Shown here piece after piece: positions 17,530 to 24,000 of a DNA stretch of 24,000 nucleotides. Position 1 is the first letter of the stretch. Every line of letters starts with the position of its first letter. Both the position numbers and the translations under genes were made by a program. The stretch is from Euzebyales bacterium (GTDB lineage: Bacteria > Actinomycetota > Nitriliruptoria > Euzebyales > Egibacteraceae): assembly GCA_013695145.1 (NCBI GenBank), contig JACDBB010000222.1:1-24000 (forward strand). Direction: 5' to 3'. Below the pieces are notes generated by a model, which did no database searches, was not told the origin of the DNA, and saw only the letters and a list, made by a program, of their open reading frames with translations.

Positions 17530-17533
17530 GAGT

Positions 17534-17617
17534 GGATGGGTGAGGGCGAGCGCAGCGAGCAGGGGGGCGGGGATCGGATGGGTGAGGGCGAGCGCAGCGA
17601 GCAGGGGGGCGGGGATC
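17534..17617. repeat. Perfect 42-bp tandem duplication (2 copies) spanning a start codon
   Basis: GGATGGGTGAGGGCGAGCGCAGCGAGCAGGGGGGCGGGGATC occurs at 17534-17575 and again at 17576-17617 with no mismatch. The following sequence restarts with GGAT, a 4-nt microhomology. Confidence 0.95.
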
Positions 17618-18585
17618 GGATCGACGTCAACCCGCTCGGCCTGCACCACGTCACCGCCGTGGCCAGCGACCCGCAGCGCAACGTCGACTTCTACCTCGAG
17701 GTGCTCGGGCTCCGGCTGATCAAGCAGACCGTCAACTTCGACGCGCCTGACACGTACCACCTCTACTACGGTGACGAGGCCGGCAGCCCCGGCACGATCC
17801 TGACCTTCTTCCCCTGGCCGGGAGCACCACGCGGGCGGCACGGCGCAGGGCAGACGACCACGACCTCCTTCTCCATCCCCCAGTCCTCCCTGGGCTGGTG
17901 GAAGGAACGGATCGCCGCTCGCGGTGTCGAGGTGCTCGAGACCGCCAGCCGGATGGACGAGGACGTGCTGGTGGTCGCCGACCCCGACGGCCTACGCATC
18001 GAGCTGGTCGCCCACACCGGGACCGACCCGCGGCCACCGTGGGAGCGCGGACCTGTCCCGCACGACCACGCCATCCGCGGGCTGTACAGCGTGACGCTGA
18101 CCGAGGCCTCCGACGAGCGCACCGTCGACCACCTCACTGACCAGCTCGGATTCCGCCTCGTGGGCGAGGAGGGCGGCCGGGCGCGCTTCGAGACCGGCGC
18201 CGGGGGTGCCGGCGCAAGAGTCGATGTGCTCGATCGGCCCGACGCTCCGCGCGGCATGGTCGCCGCAGGCACGATCCACCACGTCGCGTGGCGGGCGCCC
18301 GACGACGACGCGCAGCTTGAGTGGCGCCAGCAGATCGTCGACCTCGGCCTCGACGTCACCGCCGTCCTCGACCGCCAGTACTTCCACTCGATCTACTTCC
18401 GCGAACCCGGCGGCGTCCTGTTCGAGATCGCGACCGACGGTCCGGGTTTCACGATCGACGAGTCGCCGGAGGCGATGGGCACGCAGCTGCGGCTGCCGCC
18501 ATGGCTCGAGCGCGACCGCGACCGGATCGCCGCCGCCCTGCCGCCGCTCAAGCTGCCCCAGAGCGGGGGCGAGGGATCGGCGTGA
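17536..18585 (+). CDS. VOC-superfamily ring-cleaving dioxygenase (glyoxalase-family, MhqO/YfiE-like)
   Basis: ...LGLHHVTAVASDPQRNVDFYLEVLGLRLIKQTVNFDAPDTYHLYYGDEAGSPGTILTFFPWPGAPRGRHGAGQ... plus a second VOC repeat (IRGLYSVTLT...IHHVAWRAPDD...YFHSIYFREPGGVLFEIATDGPGF). The start is ATG 17536 or, in the second repeat copy, ATG 17578. The duplication adds MGEGERSEQGGGDR. Confidence 0.85.
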   Translation: MGEGERSEQGGGDRMGEGERSEQGGGDRIDVNPLGLHHVTAVASDPQRNVDFYLEVLGLRLIKQTVNFDAPDTYHLYYGDEAGSPGTILTFFPWPGAPRGRHGAGQTTTTSFSIPQSSLGWWKERIAARGVEVLETASRMDEDVLVVADPDGLRIELVAHTGTDPRPPWERGPVPHDHAIRGLYSVTLTEASDERTVDHLTDQLGFRLVGEEGGRARFETGAGGAGARVDVLDRPDAPRGMVAAGTIHHVAWRAPDDDAQLEWRQQIVDLGLDVTAVLDRQYFHSIYFREPGGVLFEIATDGPGFTIDESPEAMGTQLRLPPWLERDRDRIAAALPPLKLPQSGGEGSA

Positions 18586-18630
18586 CCCGCCGCGACCTCG
18601 CCAGACGCGGTCGCCGGTAATGCGGGCCGG

Positions 18631-18686
18631 CATGGCGCAGGAATCTCGACACGGTGTCGACCCCGGGGGGCTCGGGCCATTCACGT
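18631..18686. repeat. Direct repeat R1, copy 1
   Basis: CATGGCGCAGGAATCTCGACACGGTGTCGACCCCGGGGGGCTCG plus GGCCATTCACGT. It matches 18860-18930 apart from one substitution and a 14-15-bp insertion in copy 2. Confidence 0.9.
18646..18660. promoter_or_regulatory. Operator-like palindrome TCGACAC-G-GTGTCGA (site 1 of 3)
   Basis: A 7+1+7 perfect palindrome preceded by CGCAGG-N5. The same core, CGACAC-N-GTGTCG, recurs at 18836-18848 and 18875-18889. Confidence 0.35.
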
Positions 18687-18731
18687 GTCAGCATCTCATG
18701 ACGGTCGCTGCGCGACCGCCACCACCAAGAT

Positions 18732-18767
18732 TGTGAGAATCGCCTCCGCAGGCTCCGGCGATTCACA
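18732..18767. repeat. Bulged 11-bp hairpin / inverted repeat
   Basis: TGTGA(ga)ATCGCC at 18732-18744 pairs with GGCGATTCACA at 18757-18767, with a 12-nt loop. The left arm plus loop (TGAGAATCGCCT..CGCAGGCT) is repeated at 18810-18833. A further GC hairpin, GGGGGC-tggc-GCCCCC, lies at 18782-18797. Confidence 0.6.
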
Positions 18768-18835
18768 TCTCAGCAGGTCATGGGGGCTGGCGCCCCCACC
18801 CCCGGATGATGAGAATCGCCTGTCGCAGGCTGGTC

Positions 18836-18848
18836 CGACACTGTGTCG
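18836..18848. promoter_or_regulatory. Operator-like palindrome CGACAC-T-GTGTCG (site 2 of 3)
   Basis: A perfect 6+1+6 palindrome preceded by CGCAGG-N6, ~40 bp upstream of site 3. Confidence 0.3.
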
Positions 18849-18859
18849 TAACAGCCACG

Positions 18860-18930
18860 CATAGCGCAGGAATCTCGACACGGTGTCGACCCCGGGGGGC
18901 TCGCCCCTGGGCGCTCAGGGCCATTCACGT
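18860..18930. repeat. Direct repeat R1, copy 2 (contains palindrome site 3 at 18875-18889; overlaps the stop codon of the minus-strand gene)
   Basis: CATAGCGCAGGAATCTCGACACGGTGTCGACCCCGGGGGGCTCG, then an extra CCCCTGGGCGCTCA (itself CCCTG-ggcgct-CAGGG), then GGGCCATTCACGT. The TCA at 18925-18927 is the stop of CDS 18925-19941. Confidence 0.9.
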
Positions 18931-19941
18931 CCGAGGACCCGGCAGGGCGTCGTCGTCGCGCCGGTCGGTCGCCGCGACCGCCCAGGCGAGGCCGTCGACG
19001 GGGTCGGCGACGGCCAGGTGCAGCTGCCAGCCGGCGGTGGCGGCGCCTTCCGCACGCCAGCGGAACCACGACAGCTCGCCGATGGCCGCGCCGAGCTCCT
19101 CACCGAACGCCTCCATCTCCGCCAGGTCCTCGGGCCACTCGACGCCGGCCAGCGCCGCCGCCGCCCACCAGGCCGCGAACCGCCCCGCGCCGCCGCCTCG
19201 GCGCCGGCCGTATGCCCCACCGCTCGCGCCAGCCCACTGCAGCAGCGCGAGGCCCTCGGCTGCCGTGATCGGCTGGAGCGCCGCCTCGGCGGCGAGCAGG
19301 CCGACGGCGCCTGCCGCGCCGCTGTCGGCGGCGACCGCCCGAACCTGCCCGGCGGACGTGGCCGTCCACGTCTCCACGACCGCTTCGAGGGCGTCGGTCG
19401 CGGCGTCCGCCGGCAGCGCCGCTCCGGGCGGGGTGGCGCGAGCCGGCGGCAGCGAGCGGGTGGCGGCCCCAGGCTCTCCGAACGCCGCGGAGCGGTCGCG
19501 GTAGCGCGGCAGCGGGTAGGCCGGCTCGAAGCCACCCAGGATCAGCGGCAGCTCACCGAGCGGGGCGCGACCGCGCAGGTCCTCGCCACGCAGCACCCGC
19601 TCCTGCGCGACCGCACCGGTCGAGGCGGGGTCTTCGATGTGCGGCGCGAGCGAGTCCCAGTCGTGGGTCGAGGCCGCGACCTCCGTCAGCGGGCCGAGCG
19701 CGAACCGTCCCGCGCCTGGCCGCAGCACCGCGGCTGCGTGCGCCGGCGGACCCTCGAGAGCGAGCCGGTAGTCGATGTGCATCGCGATCGCCCACAGCTG
19801 CCTGCCCAGCTCCAACGCGTCCCGGCAGCGCCTGGCCAGGTCGGCCAGCTCGTCCCAGTCGCGCGCGGCGCACAGCCCGTCCACCGCGAGCAGCAGCGCC
19901 GCCTCGTCGGCGCCGTCCACCAAGGTTTGCAGGTCGCGCAT
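18925..19941 (-). CDS. Conserved-looking hypothetical protein (338 aa), function unknown
   Basis: ATG 19941 gives MRDLQTLVDGADEAALLLAVDGLCAARDWDELADLARRCRDALELGRQLWAIAMHIDYRLALEGPP... and ends ...SWFRWRAEGAATAGWQLHLAVADPVDGLAWAVAATD.... The amino-acid composition looks protein-like. The upstream 123 codons of the 461-aa ORF overlap the sigma-r4 gene and are Ser/Arg-rich. I recognise no family. Confidence 0.6.
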   Translation of the reverse strand: MRDLQTLVDGADEAALLLAVDGLCAARDWDELADLARRCRDALELGRQLWAIAMHIDYRLALEGPPAHAAAVLRPGAGRFALGPLTEVAASTHDWDSLAPHIEDPASTGAVAQERVLRGEDLRGRAPLGELPLILGGFEPAYPLPRYRDRSAAFGEPGAATRSLPPARATPPGAALPADAATDALEAVVETWTATSAGQVRAVAADSGAAGAVGLLAAEAALQPITAAEGLALLQWAGASGGAYGRRRGGGAGRFAAWWAAAALAGVEWPEDLAEMEAFGEELGAAIGELSWFRWRAEGAATAGWQLHLAVADPVDGLAWAVAATDRRDDDALPGPRT

Positions 19942-20026
19942 CCCCGGCAGCCTACGTGCCGCCTTCCCGGCGAGCGCGGGTGCCCGCGACCGGCGCGCTG
20001 GGGACTCGCTACGATGCCGCGCACAG

Positions 20027-20320
20027 ATGAGCACCCCACCCGCACGCGGCCGTGGCCGCGACGACGTGACCGACGCCCAGGTGCGCGCGCTGCGCGACAA
20101 GCTGTCGGGCGTCCTGCGTCGCCTGCCCGAGATCGAGCGCAAGGTCGTCGAGCTCCGCATGGGCCTGGTCGACGGCACACCCGCCAAGCCAGGCGAGGTG
20201 GCCGAGCGGCTGGGCATGTCCATCGCGGAGGTCAAGCGCGTCGAGGCGAGGGCGTTCTCAAGAATCCGCGAGGTCGGGCCGATCAAGGGACTGGAGAAGT
20301 TCCTCAGCAAACCGCCCTAG
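20027..20320 (+). CDS. Stand-alone sigma-70 region 4 (HTH) domain protein, 97 aa
   Basis: ...LRRLPEIERKVVELRMGLVDGTPAKPGEVAERLGMSIAEVKRVEARAFSRIRE... is a region 4.2 HTH pattern, with no region 2 present. ATG 20027. TACGAT (20010-20015) lies 11 nt upstream, and there is no SD. Confidence 0.7.
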   Translation: MSTPPARGRGRDDVTDAQVRALRDKLSGVLRRLPEIERKVVELRMGLVDGTPAKPGEVAERLGMSIAEVKRVEARAFSRIREVGPIKGLEKFLSKPP

Positions 20321-20360
20321 CCGCCGCAACGGTTCATCCTTTTCGCGCGTCTTCGCCAAC

Positions 20361-20384
20361 GACGGCTCCGTCGGGGGAGCCGTC
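20361..20384 (+). terminator. Perfect 9-bp stem hairpin downstream of the sigma-r4 gene
   Basis: GACGGCTCC-gtcggg-GGAGCCGTC, 40 nt after the stop. There is no U-tract. Confidence 0.4.
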
Positions 20385-20434
20385 GACAGTGGGCCGACCG
20401 GCACGCGGTGTCCCGATTCCCCCGGGGGTTGTTC

Positions 20435-22825
20435 ATGTTCTTGCGGTCCACGACCATCGCCGCGCTCGCTGCCGCGCTGCTCTGCTTCGGCCTGCTGGCG
20501 CCGGTGAGCGCGCAGCCCGGCGCCGTGATCCCCGAGACCGCCACCGCGGAGCTCGATGGACTGCCGGTCGCCGACGACCGCGCCGCCGACCCGGACACCG
20601 CGCGCTTCGCGGCCAACTGGTCGGTGTCAGAGTCGGTGGCGACCATGCCGTTCTCGTTCGTGGGCTTCGAGCTGCCGCAGGACGCCGAGGCGGCGTTCCG
20701 GACCTCGGCCGACGGGCAGGCCTGGACCTCGTGGACGACGATGGACACCAACCCCGACGAGGGACCCGACCCCGGCAGCCCCGAGCGCAGGGCCGCGGCG
20801 GACGGCGTGATGAGCGAGGGCGTGTGGGTCGGCGAGGCCCGCTTCGTGCAGGCGCGCGTCATGGGCGCGTCGGTCAACGACCTCGGGGTGCACCTGATCG
20901 ACACCGCGGGGTTGGGCCGCAACGTCGCCCAGCGCGCCGCGGACGCCGTGGCGGCGGCCTGGCGGGGGACGCCTGGGCCGGCCGTCGCGACCGTGGGCGG
21001 CCCGCCGATCATCAGCCGCGCGCAGTGGGGCGCCGAGGAGTGCGTCACCAAGGGGTCGCCGTCGTACGCGCAGCAGGTCGAGCTGGGGGTCGTGCACCAC
21101 ACGGCAGGCTCGAACAGCTACAGCGAGTCCGACGCGCCGGCGGTCGTCAGGGGGATCTGCAGGTATCACACGCAGTCCAACGGCTGGGACGACATCGGCT
21201 ACAACGTGCTGGTCGACCGCTACGGCAACGTCTACGAGGGCCGCGCGGGCGGGCTCGAGCGCGGCGTGATCGGGGCGCACGCCGGCGGGTTCAACACCGG
21301 CACGTTCGGGGTGTCGGTGCTGGGCGAGTTCACCGGATGGGCGCCGCCCGCGGTGGCGCAGGAGGCCGTCGCGAGGGTCCTCGCGTGGAAGTACGACATG
21401 CACCACATCGACGCGGCCGCCACCGTGGTGAAGACCAGCGCCGGCTCGACCAAGTACCCCGCTGGCCAGGACGTCACCCTGTCGGCCGGCATCGGGCACC
21501 GCGACGTCTCGTCCACCACATGTCCGGGCGACGCGTTCTACGCGCGCCTGGGCTGGCTCGAGGACAGGGCGCTCCAGCTTTCCGACGACATGTTCGTGCA
21601 GCCGTCGGTCAGCCCGGACCGGGTGCGGGTCAGCGACCAGGGCGTCGAGAACGGCCCCGTCACCCTGAGCGCGGGGCTGAAGCCGTCAGGGTCGTGGAGC
21701 GTCTCCGTCAGGGATCCGAGCGGCGCCGTGGTCCATAGCGCGAACGGCTCCGGGTCGACGGCCTCAACGACCTGGCAGCCCGCGGGCGCACCCCTCGGCA
21801 CCTACACCTACGAGTTCACCGGGGGCGACCGCCGCCCCGCCCGCGGCGACATCCACGTGAGCAATGACGCGGTGAAACGGATCGCCGGCTCCGAGAACCC
21901 GACGACCGCCTCGGTGTCGCTGTCCAAGGCGGCGTTCTCCGACGCGGGGTCGGCGTCTCACGGGGTGATCGCCCGCAGCGATGTCTTCGCCGACGCCATG
22001 ACCGGCGGGCCACTGGCCGGCACGGACGGCCCGCTGCTGCTCACCGGAGGCGCGAGCCTGGACCGCAGCGTCACCGCGGAGCTCGAGCGCGTCCTGCCGG
22101 CTGGCGCGCCCGTCTACCTCCTGGGCGGCGAAGGGGCCCTGAGCCCGCAGATCGAGGCGGCGCTGGAAGGCCATCCGCGCGGCTGGGATGTCGTCCGTCT
22201 GGGCGGCAAGGAGCGGGCGGCGACATCGGCCAGAGTGGCCGAGGTCGTGCTCGCGCGTTCGGGTCAGGGCACGGCGATGGTCGCCCGCTACGGCCCCGAC
22301 GACAAGCAGCCATGGGCCGACGCCCTCTCCGGTGGCGCCTACGGCGCGCGCGAGGGCATCCCCGTCCTGCTGTCGCTGACCAACCAGCTCCCCAAGCCGC
22401 TGGATGGCGTCCTGGCCGGGCTGGACGACACGATCGTCCTCGGCGGTACCGCCGCCATCTCCAGCGACGTCGCAGGGCAGCTGCCCAGCCCGCGCCGCGT
22501 CAACGGCAAGGACCGCGCCGGGACCGCGGCGGCTGTCGCGGCGCAGCTGTGGGAACGGACCAGCGGCGCCGACGGCGACCGGTTCGTGGTGGGTGGCGGC
22601 TACTCGTCTGGCGCGTGGGCGTACGCGCTGGCCGGTGCGCCCCTGGCGGCCAAGCAGGATGCACCGCTCCTTCTGGTGCTGCGGGACAGCGTGCCGCCCG
22701 AGACGGAGAGCTATCTCGAGGGTCTGGGCTACTCCGGCTCCCGGAGTGCCAGCGGCTGGGTGCTGGGGCCGGAGACCGCGGTCAACACCAACGTCGCCGA
22801 CGAGATCTCCGGACTCCTCCGGTAG
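20435..22825 (+). CDS. Secreted N-acetylmuramoyl-L-alanine amidase (Amidase_2/PGRP domain) with an Ig-like spacer and three C-terminal CWB2 cell-wall-binding repeats
   Basis: Signal peptide MFLRSTTIAALAAALLCFGLLAPVSAQP. The amidase core reads IISRAQWGA...VVHHTAGSN...YHTQSNGWDDIGYNVLVDRYGNVYEGRAGG...GHRDVSSTTCPG. Three units follow with the pattern R.aG.dR..Ta...s...f......vvla....faDAl.g.pla......PlLL. GTG 20408 is an alternative start. Confidence 0.88.
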   Translation: MFLRSTTIAALAAALLCFGLLAPVSAQPGAVIPETATAELDGLPVADDRAADPDTARFAANWSVSESVATMPFSFVGFELPQDAEAAFRTSADGQAWTSWTTMDTNPDEGPDPGSPERRAAADGVMSEGVWVGEARFVQARVMGASVNDLGVHLIDTAGLGRNVAQRAADAVAAAWRGTPGPAVATVGGPPIISRAQWGAEECVTKGSPSYAQQVELGVVHHTAGSNSYSESDAPAVVRGICRYHTQSNGWDDIGYNVLVDRYGNVYEGRAGGLERGVIGAHAGGFNTGTFGVSVLGEFTGWAPPAVAQEAVARVLAWKYDMHHIDAAATVVKTSAGSTKYPAGQDVTLSAGIGHRDVSSTTCPGDAFYARLGWLEDRALQLSDDMFVQPSVSPDRVRVSDQGVENGPVTLSAGLKPSGSWSVSVRDPSGAVVHSANGSGSTASTTWQPAGAPLGTYTYEFTGGDRRPARGDIHVSNDAVKRIAGSENPTTASVSLSKAAFSDAGSASHGVIARSDVFADAMTGGPLAGTDGPLLLTGGASLDRSVTAELERVLPAGAPVYLLGGEGALSPQIEAALEGHPRGWDVVRLGGKERAATSARVAEVVLARSGQGTAMVARYGPDDKQPWADALSGGAYGAREGIPVLLSLTNQLPKPLDGVLAGLDDTIVLGGTAAISSDVAGQLPSPRRVNGKDRAGTAAAVAAQLWERTSGADGDRFVVGGGYSSGAWAYALAGAPLAAKQDAPLLLVLRDSVPPETESYLEGLGYSGSRSASGWVLGPETAVNTNVADEISGLLR

Positions 22826-22881
22826 CCTTGCGCACTCTGCGCGCGATCCCGGCGCGCGGGGTCCCGGGAGGAGTGCGCCAG

Positions 22882-23109
22882 GTGGTCGAGGTGGTCGAGG
22901 TGACGTCGAAGCTGACGGCCGCCGTGCTGTCGGTGGCCGTCGCACCTGGGTCCAGCGTCGCCGAGGGGGACGCGCTGCTGGTGGTGGAGTCCATGAAGAT
23001 GGAGATCCCGATCCTCGCGCCGGTCGCCGGGACGGTGCAGCGGATCACCGCCGCTCCGTCGGACGTGGTCGCCGAGGGCGACGTGCTCGCCGTCATCGTC
23101 ACCGCCTGA
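22882..23109 (+). CDS. Small biotin/lipoyl-attachment domain protein (TB7.3 / Rv3221c-like biotinyl carrier)
   Basis: ...GDALLVVESMKMEIPILAPVAGTVQRITAAPSDVVAEGDVLAVIVTA* carries the E(S)MKM biotinylation motif. GTG 22882 is preceded by GGGAGGAG. The first codons are a 9-bp tandem repeat (GTGGTCGAG x2), so the start could also be 22891 or 22900. Lying next to pdtaS, with sigH-rshA ~7 kb upstream, echoes the M. tuberculosis sigH-rshA-TB7.3-pdtaS neighbourhood. Confidence 0.8.
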   Translation: MVEVVEVTSKLTAAVLSVAVAPGSSVAEGDALLVVESMKMEIPILAPVAGTVQRITAAPSDVVAEGDVLAVIVTA

Positions 23110-23155
23110 GCCGGGAATCGCCGTGGCCGGGCACGGCCTGGCCGGGCTGGACCTG

Positions 23156-23161
23156 TAGCAT
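23156..23161 (+). promoter_or_regulatory. -10-like hexamer TAGCAT 6 nt upstream of the pdtaS GTG (leaderless-type arrangement)
   Basis: The sequence reads TAGCAT-cgcggg-GTG(23168), with no SD. Confidence 0.3.
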
Positions 23162-23167
23162 CGCGGG

Positions 23168-24000
23168 GTGATCTCCCTCCTCCACGAGCTGCTTGACCGT
23201 GCCGGCCTCGACGACGCGGCCGTCGAGCACCTGACACGGCTGCTGGCCGACTGGCAGACGCTGGCCGACCTGTCGTTCGCCGACCTGCTGCTGTTCGTGC
23301 GCGACACGCTCCCCGACGGCACGCCCGCCTACCTGTGCGTCGGCCAGATGCGCCCCTACACCGCACAGACCATCTACCAGGAGGACCTGGTCGGCTCTGC
23401 GTTCCCGGTCACCGATCGACCGATGGTCGGGCGCGCGTTCGCGGAGGAGCGCGTGATACGCGACGCGGACCCCGACTGGTCGACCGGGGTGCCGGTACGC
23501 GAGGAGGCCATCCCCGTCCGGTTCGGCAACACCGTCGTCGCCGTCGTGACCCGCGAAGCCAACGTGTCGACGGCGCGTTCACCGTCCAACCTCGAGCTCA
23601 CCTACCTGCAGTCAGCCGGTGAGCTCGCCCAGATGCTGTCCGACGGCACGTTCCCGTACCCGCTCGACGGGTTCGACGAGCGTGAGCTGTCCCCGCGCGT
23701 GGGCGACGGGATCCTGCGAGTCGACGCCGACGGCCGGACGACGTACGCCTCACCGAACGCCATCTCCGCGTACCGCCGTCTGGGGAGCCTCGAGAACGTC
23801 ATCGGGCAGGGCATCGAGGACTTCGATCCCGATGCCGTGGAGCTGTGCGAGGCGCTGGACGCCGGGCAGTCCGTCGAGAGCGAGCTGGAGGCCCAGGGCG
23901 CGATCGTGATCCGGCGCCTGCTGCCACTGATCATCGATCGGGCGGTCATCGGCGCGCTGCTGCTGGTGCGCGAGGTCACCGAGCTGCGCCGCCACGAGCG
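23168..24000 (+). CDS. pdtaS: PdtaS-type sensor histidine kinase, N-terminal GAF/PAS part (3' end outside window)
   Basis: Not in the ORF track because there is no stop in the window. The frame from GTG 23168 reads VISLLHELLDRAGLDDAAVEHLTRLLADWQTLADLSFADLLLFVRD...SPRVGDGILRVDADGRTTYASPNAISAYRRLG...LLLVREVTELRRHE. This closely parallels M. tuberculosis PdtaS (Rv3220c) as I recall it. Confidence 0.8.
   Translation, partial: MISLLHELLDRAGLDDAAVEHLTRLLADWQTLADLSFADLLLFVRDTLPDGTPAYLCVGQMRPYTAQTIYQEDLVGSAFPVTDRPMVGRAFAEERVIRDADPDWSTGVPVREEAIPVRFGNTVVAVVTREANVSTARSPSNLELTYLQSAGELAQMLSDGTFPYPLDGFDERELSPRVGDGILRVDADGRTTYASPNAISAYRRLGSLENVIGQGIEDFDPDAVELCEALDAGQSVESELEAQGAIVIRRLLPLIIDRAVIGALLLVREVTELRRHE

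Noticed and set aside
17534-17617. CRISPR-like array
   Set aside because: There are only two directly abutting copies with no spacers, so it is a tandem duplication. No cas genes are present.
18731-18767. Rex-operator-like half sites TTGTGA ... TTCACA
   Set aside because: The half sites are separated by 25 nt rather than the ~4-nt spacer of the TTGTGAA-N4-TTCACAA operator. This is better described as a hairpin.
18883-21738. 951-aa plus-strand ORF
   Set aside because: Extremely Arg/Gly/Pro-rich. It overlaps three well-supported genes (hypothetical, sigma-r4, amidase) in other frames or on the other strand. This is a high-GC artefact.

Overview
High-GC (roughly 70%+ by eye) Actinomycetota chromosomal segment, mostly conserved core genes. 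I saw no rRNA, tRNA or CRISPR. Left to right:
- comF 3' end.
- A K+ transport block: APC permease, two trkA genes, and an OB-fold protein.
- hpf, an orphan LuxR-type response regulator, and secA.
- A ~1.9 kb lower-GC decayed patch. It holds a 156-bp MITE-like insertion that splits an ORF, plus two convergent 3' gene remnants (S8 protease, SDR epimerase).
- A tightly packed minus-strand four-gene cluster: membrane protein, Rv3235-family protein, coiled-coil M23 peptidase, and a degenerate methyltransferase-NUDIX fusion. It is divergent from sigH-rshA.
- An epimerase, a DUF5317-like membrane protein, and a VOC ring-cleaving dioxygenase.
- A 340-bp repeat-rich convergent intergenic region.
- A hypothetical protein, a stand-alone sigma-70 region-4 protein, an amidase with three CWB2 repeats, a TB7.3-like biotinyl carrier, and the pdtaS 5' part.

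I found no clear-cut novel multi-gene system such as a defence island. The observations most worth a second look are:
- the MITE with in-frame restoration on in-silico excision;
- the palindrome/repeat mosaic at 18586-18930;
- the structured region upstream of hpf (possible raiA-motif RNA);
- a perfect 42-bp tandem duplication over a start codon;
- the sigH-divergent envelope cluster.

All functional calls rest on motif recognition by eye and remembered synteny, not on searches.
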